NCBI GenBank assembly: GCA_963662665.2
Contig: CAXXJS010000061.1
Location: 64,001 to 128,000, forward strand
Direction of reading: 5' to 3'
From: Candidatus Latescibacterota bacterium
GTDB taxonomy: Bacteria; Latescibacterota; UBA2968; GCA-2709665
DNA length: 64,000 bases
This document shows, piece by piece, positions 49,696-58,974 of this stretch (within the stretch, counting starts at the first letter, position 1; every line of letters begins with the position of its first letter). Under the pieces are notes generated by a model. That model was not told the origin of the DNA. It made no database searches and worked only from the letters and a program-made list of their open reading frames with translations. The position numbers and the translations under genes are program-made.

Positions 49696-50482
49696 ATGCT
49701 GAGGAAGCCGCGATTGGAGAAAACCGTGAAGACCTTTATCCAGTCCGGCACCAGGTTTCTCGTAGAGGTCGGGACTAAACCAGAGCCAGCCCTGGTTCGA
49801 TGGACGACATGGGGCAACAGCGACATTCAACAGTCTTATCTCCTTTCCACATCCGATGGATCTATTCTGATTGATCCGATTCGGCCCATTGGTAGACAGG
49901 CTCTGAATGCCCTGAGGGAACATGCCGATGGTCGATTTCAAGCTGTAGTCTGCACGAGCCCAAACCACGAACGAGATGTGGAGTGGTTCCGCAAACGGTT
50001 CAAGATACCTGTATACGGGCCGGAGTTGGCCCCTGCTAGGTCACGCATCAGGCTGAATTCAGATGAACTGTATCGAGATGGCGATATGCTTTCCGGAAGC
50101 ATCCGCGCCATCAGTTCAGGAGATAAACGAGGCGAGATGTGGCTGCTGTGTAGGGCTTCCAGGACATCCAGGGTCCTGATTTGCGCTGACTCGATATATG
50201 GACAATCCCGGAGGGGTGGGTTCGATGGCGCGACCGTACCGCACTGGATTCAGGAAGGCGGGATCCGGTTGCAGATGAGTGGCGAAGTCAGTCCCGGCGA
50301 AATGAGACGCAGGTATGAACGTCTTGAAGATTATGAGTTTGGGATCGTCCCTGAACGGTCACAATCCGCGTCCTATTGAGAATGCGAAATCTGCACTTGA
50401 AACAGCGCTGACCCAGGGCAAATATGAGGCGTATCCGAAAGGCGCGTTCAGTGTTATCGCGGCAGATTTATCGGGGGAATGA
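49696..50482 (+). CDS. Metallo-beta-lactamase-fold-like protein with a frameshift near 50350
   Basis: ILIDP, NHERD, ICAD; removing one C restores VLNGH...*. Confidence 0.7.
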
Positions 50483-50542
50483 ATTCATGGGAGCACTCGA
50501 TACCCTCTGTGCCTATACTAAATGAGACAGTACCCCTTTTAA

Positions 50543-50734
50543 ATGGGAATTGTAGTGGGTACTACGGATGAGCGCAAGAAGAAGCCGGTCGTAGGGATTG
50601 TTGATAGTCGGTATAGGCCAGCGAAGGCGGAGATGGAAGAGGAGATTGTGATAGATGCGTGCCCGGACGAGTTGCTACGGGCGGCTGTTCAGTATGAAGA
50701 ACTTCGGATTGTTGATCCAAAAGGGAAGCGGTAG
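50543..50734 (+). CDS. Small hypothetical protein, possible IS passenger remnant
   Basis: YRPAKAEMEEEIVIDACPDELLRA; start uncertain. Confidence 0.4.
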   Translation: MGIVVGTTDERKKKPVVGIVDSRYRPAKAEMEEEIVIDACPDELLRAAVQYEELRIVDPKGKR

Positions 50735-50773
50735 GATAACGCTGACAACAAAAAGGGTAGGGTTCGGAAAATT

Positions 50774-50805
50774 AAAAAACCTGCCAGTATGTTACTTCTG
50801 GCAGG
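50774..50805 (-). terminator. Intrinsic terminator for the - strand HicBA-like pair
   Basis: cctgccag/ctggcagg stem followed by a T6 tract on the - strand. Confidence 0.6.
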
Positions 50806-50854
50806 CTGTTGATAGCGTTATGGGAGGTCAGGTTACTTTTTGAGATTTTCTTCT

Positions 50855-51100
50855 TTAAACATGACCGTAAAATTCATTCCGGTCTATCTGCAATGCTCTC
50901 AAAACTGCTCTGATTTGTGGTCTCCTGATTTGTTCATTGGGTTTGCCTGCTGTTCCTGAATATAGTAATTCTCCGTCGACTGTGCGGGTAAAACCCCAAT
51001 AAGTTCCAATAACATCGGTGCCGCTTTCCTGAATATCACATTCGCAATCGAAATTTTGTATTAAACACTCTTTGAATTGTTCATACGTCAGATAAAACAC
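50855..51100 (-). CDS. Divergent HicA-like small protein
   Basis: 81 aa; C-terminal IRRPQIRAVLRALQIDRNEF; directly after the HicB-like gene. Confidence 0.5.
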   Translation of the reverse strand: MFYLTYEQFKECLIQNFDCECDIQESGTDVIGTYWGFTRTVDGELLYSGTAGKPNEQIRRPQIRAVLRALQIDRNEFYGHV

Positions 51101-51110
51101 AGCGAATCCC

Positions 51111-51467
51111 TCATGCGCAGACGCGCGAGTTCGCTTTTACAACAGGCATCAAAGATGTTTTCCATACATCAAGAGCAAGTCGACGATGATTGCGTTTTAG
51201 CTGAGCGTCCTCGGCTTCCTCAAACATGGTCCAGAATTTCTCAGGGGCCTTCTCAATACCCTGTAAGATTTCCCGGTTATTTGTGGCATCAAAATGGCAA
51301 TGAGTCATAATTGTAACGTAAAACCGAGCCCTGACCTGGGGTATTGTCTGTCCTTGAGCAACTATATCATATTCAAGACCCTGAGCAATCCAAACATCTT
51401 CGTTCCTATACAAAAGGACGCTTACTTGAATGACATCTGACAACGACCTTGTAGATTTCCCGTTCAT
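51111..51467 (-). CDS. HicB-like protein
   Basis: WIAQGLEYDIVAQGQT...APEKFW. Confidence 0.65.
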   Translation of the reverse strand: MNGKSTRSLSDVIQVSVLLYRNEDVWIAQGLEYDIVAQGQTIPQVRARFYVTIMTHCHFDATNNREILQGIEKAPEKFWTMFEEAEDAQLKRNHRRLALDVWKTSLMPVVKANSRVCA

Positions 51468-51506
51468 TGCGTACTCCCGTGGTTGTCACTTGCATATCTT
51501 TTCACA

Positions 51507-51536
51507 AAAGTACGTTAACGGAGTACGGTTTGTCAA
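51507..51536 (-). promoter_or_regulatory. Sigma70-type promoter with a palindromic spacer (possible operator)
   Basis: TTGACA-18 nt-TACTTT on the - strand; cgttaacg palindrome in the spacer. Confidence 0.5.
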
Positions 51537-51920
51537 GTATAAAAATCTAGAAACGCATGTACGTACCGGGTTGTACAGACCGTAACAGGAAGGGGAACAA
51601 AGTGCGGGGATCGTTGACATGTGACATTGCGCTATAATTTCCTTTTTGAAATGAAGAACGATGAAGATGGCGAAGGAACGCCTAACGTCAACGGATGTAT
51701 CAATAGGTGCTTGCCGACGGGGCTTCGATTAGGCTGCGGATCTAAACTCGCGGAAATGGAAACTCGCAGTTGGTGTTATACAAGCTCGATCAAAATGAGC
51801 GTGCTAAGCGTGATCAAGCTTGTGATCTGGATTCCCAAAAGCCATCGAATTCAGGACAGAATATAAAATTGGCCTTGCTCGAGACTGTTCAAGCGTGCAT
51901 CCATCTGCTCAATAATCCCG

Positions 51921-54023
51921 TCAAACCGCGACGAGCGGCCGTTCTATTCCGAACAGCCCCAAAAGTTCATCGCTATTCAATTGGGCGGACAGATCCATCG
52001 ACACATCGTCGATGAGTTGGTTAAACAGTTCCCGTTTGTTCTCCAGAATATTGTCAATACGCTCCTCAATAGTTCCGATGCAGGAATACTTGATGACGTT
52101 GACTTTGACCGTCTGGCCGATGCGGTGGCTTCGGTCTTCGGCTTGACTTTCTACGGCGGGATTCCACCAACGGTCCAGGTGAATCACGTAGGACGCCTCC
52201 TGAAGGTTCAATCCCAGGCCGCCCGCCCGCAACGACAGGACCAACACTTTGTGTTCGCTGCTGGTTTTGAATCGTTCGATGACTTCGGTTCGCTCATACG
52301 GAGGCAAGTCTCCGGTGATGGTAAGCGGAATGAAATCCCGCATGTGGTTGACCACGGCGCCAACGCCGGATGTGTCGCTGACGTACTGCGAAAAGATCAG
52401 CGTCTTGTGTCCCTGGGCTACAAGTTGGTCCACGCGGTCCTTGATGTCGGCCAATTTGCTGGATTCACCGGTCTTTGGGTCGGCGTTGCAGATTTGTTTC
52501 AATCGAGTGATGAGCTCAAGCACGTGCCGCACGTTGACTTCCGCGCCAAGAGACTTCAGGTAGACGATGCCTTCCTGTTCGGCCTTATCGTAGCTCTCGC
52601 GTTGGCGGGAGCCCAACTCGATGTCGACCTTGGTGGTCTGCTTGACAGGAAGATCCTTTAAGACCTCCGCTTTTTTGCGTCGAACCTGCAACTCACGGTG
52701 TCGCCTTTGCAATTCCACACCTGGACGGTACCGTTTTGTCACTCCAGTGCAGTCATAATCAACAAACTCCAGTATCGAGGCCAGCTCCTCTTCGCGATTC
52801 TCCATTGGGGTGCCGGTCAGAGCCCACGAACGATTTCTTTTCAACCCCTTCAGGGCATCGCTCGTTTCGTTGCGGTTCTTGATCCTTTGAGCCTCGTCCG
52901 CTACGACCACGTCCCAGTTCTTGCGACCAACAAGAGATTGGGTGCTGAAGTCGGTCCTCAGGGTATCGTAACTCACGAGTGTTATCTCTTTCTCGGCATC
53001 CCACTGCCAACTGCGGTCCGATACAGAACCACGGATGATGATGGCGGAAAGCTCAGGCGCCCATTTTTCGATTTCGCGTCGCCACTGATTCAGCACGCTT
53101 GCGGGAGCCGTGATCAAACACGATTTGATTTCTCGACGTGCCCGGAGAATCCGTAAGGCTGTAATCGCCTGTACGGTCTTACCCAGTCCCATGTCGTCGG
53201 CCAACAGTAGCCGGCGGTTTTCCAGCAATGCCTGGACACCCTGCCGCTGGAAGGGCATCAAGTCGCCCGCCCAATGTAGCGGGATCGTTTGGGAAGGATC
53301 GGGTGGATTGGCCAGAACGTTCCACAGACGTTCGGCCAGAGTTAAGTCGGGTCGTGGGCCTGAACTTGCCTTATGGATATTCTCACGAATTGCGGAGTAA
53401 TCGCTGGCTGGATATCCGGGGCGTTCGGACAATGAAGATAAGCTCACTACAACTGCCAGACCTGAAAGGTCGGTGACGGCGTGAATCCGATCGTCGTCAA
53501 ACGCTACGTCCAATCCTGCAGTCGCCCGTTCGAAAGGTTCAGCGGGATTGCCGCGGTCCAGTATTTCTACGAGAATTTGGCTCGCTTCGTTATCCGGATT
53601 GGGTTTTTCCGTAACCCAAAACAGATCAAAACCTTCGTTATGCGGGTCGTCCGATTCGCCATTGGGCCGAACACCCGACGTTGCGATACGGCAAAAGGGT
53701 ACCTGTACCTTTATTTCTTCGTTGATCGATCCATGAGGTACTTCATCGGCCCGAGCGAGTATCAACGTTGGCACAGAAGTGACAGCTCTGAGTAGTGATC
53801 CTGCCAGCGATTGCAAGATTTCCGGCTTGACGATTGCAAGTTTTCCGCCAGACCCCGAGTAAACCGTCCGTGTGAAGCAGAAGTCCATTGGTTCACCCTG
53901 CGCGGATGTCTGGAACAGCGCCGCACGTATGCCGTTACCGCCCTTTTCTTCGACGAACCGCAGCCAGGCCACCGTGCCGGATCCCGTATTCACCGATTTC
54001 CGTTCATTGAAAAGTTCCGGCAA
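51921..54023 (-). CDS. SNF2-family helicase with an uncharacterised N-terminal domain
   Basis: LLADDMGLGKT, DEAQ, ALTGTP.EN, IFSQY, GGLGLNL, WWNPA...DRSHRIGQ. Confidence 0.93.
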   Translation of the reverse strand: MPELFNERKSVNTGSGTVAWLRFVEEKGGNGIRAALFQTSAQGEPMDFCFTRTVYSGSGGKLAIVKPEILQSLAGSLLRAVTSVPTLILARADEVPHGSINEEIKVQVPFCRIATSGVRPNGESDDPHNEGFDLFWVTEKPNPDNEASQILVEILDRGNPAEPFERATAGLDVAFDDDRIHAVTDLSGLAVVVSLSSLSERPGYPASDYSAIRENIHKASSGPRPDLTLAERLWNVLANPPDPSQTIPLHWAGDLMPFQRQGVQALLENRRLLLADDMGLGKTVQAITALRILRARREIKSCLITAPASVLNQWRREIEKWAPELSAIIIRGSVSDRSWQWDAEKEITLVSYDTLRTDFSTQSLVGRKNWDVVVADEAQRIKNRNETSDALKGLKRNRSWALTGTPMENREEELASILEFVDYDCTGVTKRYRPGVELQRRHRELQVRRKKAEVLKDLPVKQTTKVDIELGSRQRESYDKAEQEGIVYLKSLGAEVNVRHVLELITRLKQICNADPKTGESSKLADIKDRVDQLVAQGHKTLIFSQYVSDTSGVGAVVNHMRDFIPLTITGDLPPYERTEVIERFKTSSEHKVLVLSLRAGGLGLNLQEASYVIHLDRWWNPAVESQAEDRSHRIGQTVKVNVIKYSCIGTIEERIDNILENKRELFNQLIDDVSMDLSAQLNSDELLGLFGIERPLVAV

Positions 54024-54058
54024 TTCAGTTTCCCCCAGGAAGGAGAAATGGTCGCCTT

Positions 54059-55327
54059 CTAATCAGTGTCGTCCCGGGACTCTCGTTCGAGGTCGGCGTT
54101 CTCTGCATAGGGGTGTCGGAACTCCTCGCCCTCGGTGTTGGGTTCGTAGTCGGGATAGTGCCGCATCAAATCCCATTCGTTAATGGCGGCGCGGACCTTG
54201 TAGCGCATCCGATTCTGATATCCGGCGCCGCCGGCCCTAATTGGCACCGGCGGAGCATCCCAGCCGTAGGCCTCGGTGTAGAGTCTCCGTAAATTCTCCA
54301 TGGTCAGTTGGACGCCCGCGTCTGTTGGTTGATTCAACGGCGAACAACCTCGTTCCAGCAATCTCATGCCGGTAATAGCGTCCGCCTTCAAATCCCTGTA
54401 ACGATCTGTGCTATCCAACTTTGGCTCCACGTAGTCGCGGTCTTTTTTTCCATCCGTGATGATTACGGGTGCAAAGTCGTCGGTGACGGAACCCACGGTT
54501 CTCAGACCGGGATACGACCCGTTGGCGGCCTGTCCCAACCAGCGAGCCAGCTCGGCGTAGGACCTTCCCCGTTGCAGGAGAGTGTACGAACCGACGAGTT
54601 CGATCTCGTCCAGCAGCACCACCCAGCCCCTGTAACCAGCAGCCCTGATCAGCTGGACGGCGAAACGGAGACGCTGGGGCGGCAGGTCTGCAGCCCGGGG
54701 CGCTCGGAAGGTGTAACTCTGCTTTTGCCCTATCTGCCTGAGGCCGTTCTTGACCCGGGAAATGTAGATTCTGTCGCCCGCCCAGAAGTTCTCGATCTCA
54801 CTGTTCAGCTCGAGGTCGCGCGACCGTTCGTGAACGAGCAGACTGGCCGGGAACATCTGGCTCAATCCGTTAGAGTCGGTGTCGTTTGACCACTTAAAGA
54901 AGCTGGCGTATTCTTTCGAATCGGGCTTTAACGCCTGTCCCAATTCCTCCATCAACCGGCCGGTACGGTCGGGCATCTGGGTGTTATCCACAGCCGACTT
55001 GAATACCTTGCCCAGGTCGTATAGCGGCGTCTCCTTGCTGATAATCACCTTGCTACAGACGAAACCCAGGGAAAGGGCCCGATCTTCCAGGTGAGTCAGC
55101 AGGTGAGACTTGCCGGAGCCGAAATCACCGGAGACCAGCATCCCGAAAGTGCCGGACGAAAGGTCGACGCCTTCCGTAGCCCTGGTCAACATGCCTTCGA
55201 ACTTATCTTCAGCCTCAGGCTGGTTGCAGCCCAATATCTTCACCGCGTCCCTGTTGGGTACGCCGTTTCGGAGAGCCTCCAGGGCCCGCCTGGAGGCGAA
55301 TTTGTGTTTATCGGCCAAAACCGCCAC
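54059..55327 (-). CDS. DUF2791/BrxD-like P-loop ATPase, catalytic motifs intact
   Basis: ALEALRNGVP N-terminus; Walker A GDFGSGKS; Walker B VVLLDEIE. Confidence 0.85.
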   Translation of the reverse strand: MAVLADKHKFASRRALEALRNGVPNRDAVKILGCNQPEAEDKFEGMLTRATEGVDLSSGTFGMLVSGDFGSGKSHLLTHLEDRALSLGFVCSKVIISKETPLYDLGKVFKSAVDNTQMPDRTGRLMEELGQALKPDSKEYASFFKWSNDTDSNGLSQMFPASLLVHERSRDLELNSEIENFWAGDRIYISRVKNGLRQIGQKQSYTFRAPRAADLPPQRLRFAVQLIRAAGYRGWVVLLDEIELVGSYTLLQRGRSYAELARWLGQAANGSYPGLRTVGSVTDDFAPVIITDGKKDRDYVEPKLDSTDRYRDLKADAITGMRLLERGCSPLNQPTDAGVQLTMENLRRLYTEAYGWDAPPVPIRAGGAGYQNRMRYKVRAAINEWDLMRHYPDYEPNTEGEEFRHPYAENADLERESRDDTD

Positions 55328-55341
55328 TGCCTTCCACCTTC

Positions 55342-56310
55342 CTATGTCAGCCGCACCAGGGATGCGACCGGATTTACCCGGTTCCTATCGCGAACATCGT
55401 CCATCACCCGCGTGCGCAGGGCCTCATAGATACCGTATCCCCGGGACCTGCGATCGCCACTGTCGTCGAGAAAATCGCTGTTGGTTACGACTACCAGTAC
55501 CGTGCTCGTCAACCGGTCAACGCCGTCGACAAATTCCCGTAGTAACTCGTAGTGTTCCATCGCCATGGCTCTGGTGTAGTAGCGCAGACCGTCCCTCGGA
55601 TTTCTGGCCACCGTTACGCGAGCGTTGTCAAACAATACTACCGTTCCCGAGTGCCCCACATGATGAATCCAGTAGAGGGCCGATTCGATGAAGTATCTGG
55701 CCGTGTTGCGATTGATACTGGTGTAGATGGAAAAGGGCCGGACGCCACTGATTCGCGTGTTCTCTCCCGTCAGCCAATCCAATAGGGGCTCACCTGTGTA
55801 CACGCCACGGCTGTTCTCTTCCATGCAAAGATGGCTCATACACACCCGGAAATCTCTCGCCATCTTTGTGTTCCTGAAGACAGTGTTCTGAATCTTCGGC
55901 CTCAGGTTTCCGAGCACGAACTCCGATTCGAGACCGTTGGCTGTTGCGATGGAGTCGAAGACATTGCCGTCCACGCCGGGAGGAATTCCGTCAATCCGGT
56001 AGCCCTGCTCGGTGGCGAGCCTCAGGATCATACGGCGAGCCAGCAGCCGCCAATCGACCTGGCTGGCGAACCTGAAAAAGAAATCCTGCGGCATGTGCGC
56101 CCGCATCGTCTCAGCGTTCAATTTAATGAAAATATAGTCCAATTCATCGCAGTTGGCCTCCGTTTCTGCGTACAAACCAGTCCTGGAACCCTCGTTTGAT
56201 GGCACTGCAAACTTTATCGACGCGCCGCCACAGCGGACATACGACGACAGGTATTCTTCGTTAATGACCTGAAGCCAGTCCTTGAGAGAGATTGAGATTG
56301 TGTTGTACAT
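55342..56310 (-). CDS. DUF2791/BrxD-like paralog with degenerate Walker motifs
   Basis: GGASIKF without GxxGxGK; WLTGE; VVLFDN in place of DE; YELLREFVD; G...YEALRTR. Confidence 0.75.
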   Translation of the reverse strand: MYNTISISLKDWLQVINEEYLSSYVRCGGASIKFAVPSNEGSRTGLYAETEANCDELDYIFIKLNAETMRAHMPQDFFFRFASQVDWRLLARRMILRLATEQGYRIDGIPPGVDGNVFDSIATANGLESEFVLGNLRPKIQNTVFRNTKMARDFRVCMSHLCMEENSRGVYTGEPLLDWLTGENTRISGVRPFSIYTSINRNTARYFIESALYWIHHVGHSGTVVLFDNARVTVARNPRDGLRYYTRAMAMEHYELLREFVDGVDRLTSTVLVVVTNSDFLDDSGDRRSRGYGIYEALRTRVMDDVRDRNRVNPVASLVRLT

Positions 56311-57110
56311 CAGTCGTCCCTTGCAAATCGAATGCCAAAGTACTTGATATCCTGGCCCTGTGGACCCACAAAGGTGAATACGTTTCTTCCGCCCCGGGTG
56401 CCAGTGGATGCGTGGAAAAATACTTTGGCGCCTGACGTAGTTTCTGTAACTCCGCTTGTCTCCAACTGGTAGAGGTCACGGGCAAAGTCAATTTGTGCAT
56501 AATCTCGCCCGCTACCCGGCAGTGAGGTGAATAACCTGTAGATTCTTGCCAAAAGTACCACGCGACCGGAGCCGCCCTTCATGAGTCCATCCGAAGCATC
56601 TTCCTTCACAAGCTCCAGGTAAACTTTGTACAGGGCTTCCAAAAACCGTTTCGCGGAGAAGCGACTGCGCTTCTGCTGGTTTGCAACCAGCAGACCGGCC
56701 AGGTAGGAAGGCTTAATGGTCGAGATTTTCTTGTTGTCAATTCGGATCGCCTCATCCTCGGGAAATATTCGCACGATGGATGGGTGTGAGATTAACTGTT
56801 CGTCCCGCAAATGGATTTCCAGACCCCTTTCCAACGCGACACGACGTAGCTCGTGTGTATAGCCTCCCTTGAGGTATTCAGCTACTTCATCATCTTCATA
56901 GGGCCAGGACCGGATAGCGTCCGTCACTACTTGCGTCAGGTTCTCAAGCGCAACATTGAGTCCGGCTCGTGCCTTCTTGATAGCGCCTATGTTACCCTCT
57001 TTTGCGGCCTTTTGCAGGCGTCTGGTCAAATTCACCAGGTTCGTAGCGGACTGGCGGGCTGATTCAGCTGCATTTTCGGAATTGTCAAATGCTTGTCCGA
57101 TATTGTCCAT
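56310..57110 (-). CDS. Hypothetical protein with a coiled-coil N-terminus; first gene of the operon
   Basis: ATG at 57110 after RBS cagga; TGATG coupling to the next gene. Confidence 0.8.
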   Translation of the reverse strand: MDNIGQAFDNSENAAESARQSATNLVNLTRRLQKAAKEGNIGAIKKARAGLNVALENLTQVVTDAIRSWPYEDDEVAEYLKGGYTHELRRVALERGLEIHLRDEQLISHPSIVRIFPEDEAIRIDNKKISTIKPSYLAGLLVANQQKRSRFSAKRFLEALYKVYLELVKEDASDGLMKGGSGRVVLLARIYRLFTSLPGSGRDYAQIDFARDLYQLETSGVTETTSGAKVFFHASTGTRGGRNVFTFVGPQGQDIKYFGIRFARDD

Positions 57111-57248
57111 GTCTTTTTCCTGCGTTCGAAAGATTCGTCGAATAAGCGACGTGATTAATGGTGGCGCAAACACGGCAGTCACGGGAACGTCTTCCTGTTC
57201 CTCCGTAATGCATGTAGCCGAAATTGCCCCGCGGTGGCTGGCTTATTC

Positions 57249-57277
57249 AGCATAAAGTACTACCTGCGTGTTGTCAA
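57249..57277 (-). promoter_or_regulatory. Sigma70 promoter of the four-gene operon
   Basis: TTGACA-17 nt-TATGCT on the - strand. Confidence 0.7.
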
Positions 57278-57359
57278 GCGAATCGTTCGCAATAGTCAGA
57301 AAGCCGCCGCCGTAATGGCCGCGCCTTACTTCTGTGATTCTGTTCGATGGATCGTCGGT

Positions 57360-58634
57360 TCAGTCAATCAGGCCATGTCTGCGAAGCACGGCGTCGACAT
57401 CATCCAGCCCCGTTCCCTTCCTGGTTCCCTCGAACTTTAATCCCGCATTCAACAGCCTGTCGATCACGGCCGGGTAGTCGGCCCCGGGTCTTGGCGAATT
57501 GATCGCGAAATGCAGGGTCGTGCCCATTGCGGTGCCGCCGAATTCGTTCCGCAATTCGAGCAAGGGGCCGTGATCGAGGATCAGGTCCATGGTGTCCGGA
57601 TGTCCCTGGGAAGCGGCCCACATCAGGGCTGTCATCTTCCACGTGGCCTGTCCGTCCACGTCGACGCCCTTTCCCAGCAGGTATTCGGCGATATCCGTCC
57701 GTCCGAACCGGCAGGCATCTTCAAATGCGGCCGCCAGTTCCGCCTCAGATACGCCGCGTTCTTCAACGAATTCCGTCGTCAGGTCCAACCGGCCCAGTCC
57801 CGCGGCCATCGCGACGTTCTTCACCTCCGCCCCCAGGCGCACCAGCGCGGCTGCCGACTCAGGGTACCCGAATTTGAGCGCCAGACGAACCGGCGCGCCG
57901 TCGTTCTTAACGCCATCCACTTTGGAACCCGCCTCGACGAATATCTCGATCAGTTCGGTCGCCACGCCGCGATAATGGGGATGAACGCTGGTCACGAGCG
58001 CCAGCATCGGCGGTTCTCCCGAGTCGCCCGGCCCGCACAGGGCGTCCACCTCAGCGCCGGCATCCAGCAGACGCCGCGCGATCTCCGGCGCATTGGCGGG
58101 TGACCGCTGGCGAAAGTCCTCAATTCCGTTGGCGGCGAGGTAATACAGCAGCGTCGCCCGGTGAATGCGCGCCGAATGGGCGTGGGCCAGAGCCGGATTA
58201 CCGCGCAGCAGCGCTTCGAGCGTTGGGAGGTCCCCGTCGACGACGGCATCGGCCGCGACCTCGAACTCAGCCCCGGCGTCGGTCTCGCGCGTATCTTTTT
58301 CGACGAATCTGGCGAACGCATCCCAACTCGCAAAGCTGTGGGCTCCCGCGATGAGAAACTGAGCCCTGGCCAGCGTGAGCCCGTCGCCATCATCGCCAGC
58401 CTTCTCCGACATTTCAATGGCGGCTTTTTCGACTTCGCCGATCGCCCGTTCCCAACTGCCCCGCACAAAATCCGTCAGGTCGGGTCCGGACACACGGACT
58501 ATCTCGCCGAGCCAATCGTTACAGAACCCCTTTACAGCGCTGGCATTCTCCGACCGGGTTGCCTCGGTGAGTCCCTCCGCCAATTTCGTGTAATCCGGGA
58601 GATTTGGACGGGCGGGTAACGGAAGGGTGTCCAT
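57360..58634 (-). CDS. Ankyrin repeat protein with an LPARPNL N-terminal motif
   Basis: LP.RPNL...AQFLIA..H.F.SW followed by ankyrin repeats. Confidence 0.88.
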   Translation of the reverse strand: MDTLPLPARPNLPDYTKLAEGLTEATRSENASAVKGFCNDWLGEIVRVSGPDLTDFVRGSWERAIGEVEKAAIEMSEKAGDDGDGLTLARAQFLIAGAHSFASWDAFARFVEKDTRETDAGAEFEVAADAVVDGDLPTLEALLRGNPALAHAHSARIHRATLLYYLAANGIEDFRQRSPANAPEIARRLLDAGAEVDALCGPGDSGEPPMLALVTSVHPHYRGVATELIEIFVEAGSKVDGVKNDGAPVRLALKFGYPESAAALVRLGAEVKNVAMAAGLGRLDLTTEFVEERGVSEAELAAAFEDACRFGRTDIAEYLLGKGVDVDGQATWKMTALMWAASQGHPDTMDLILDHGPLLELRNEFGGTAMGTTLHFAINSPRPGADYPAVIDRLLNAGLKFEGTRKGTGLDDVDAVLRRHGLID

Positions 58635-58974
58635 GGAAAGGTCCTCTAGATAAAGAGCGGTAAGACGGGAGACGGAAGACGTGAATGGATATGAGTGCCC
58701 CGTGCGTTTTCATTTCTTGCCGGAGGCATAAAGGAAGACTCAATCGGGCAAGGACGTCTTCTCCCGTCTCACCTCTACCCTCTCACGGCTTTCAGGTTTT
58801 TCCTCTACAGGTCTTATATCAAGCTATACAATCCAGCCCACCGTTTCAAGTTCTATGGCGCTTACGCTTCAGGGCAGTCGAACCCGCCCGCGTGGTTCCT
58901 GTTTTGGATTCTTGCCCCCTTTGAAATCCATTTTCGCAGTAAGAATCAGGAGCGATTGTGTTATATTGACAGCT

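Noticed and set aside
51921-57110. Calling the operon BREX or Shango
   Set aside because: No pglX, pglZ, brxC or TerB-domain gene is present, and the two-paralog arrangement differs from both.
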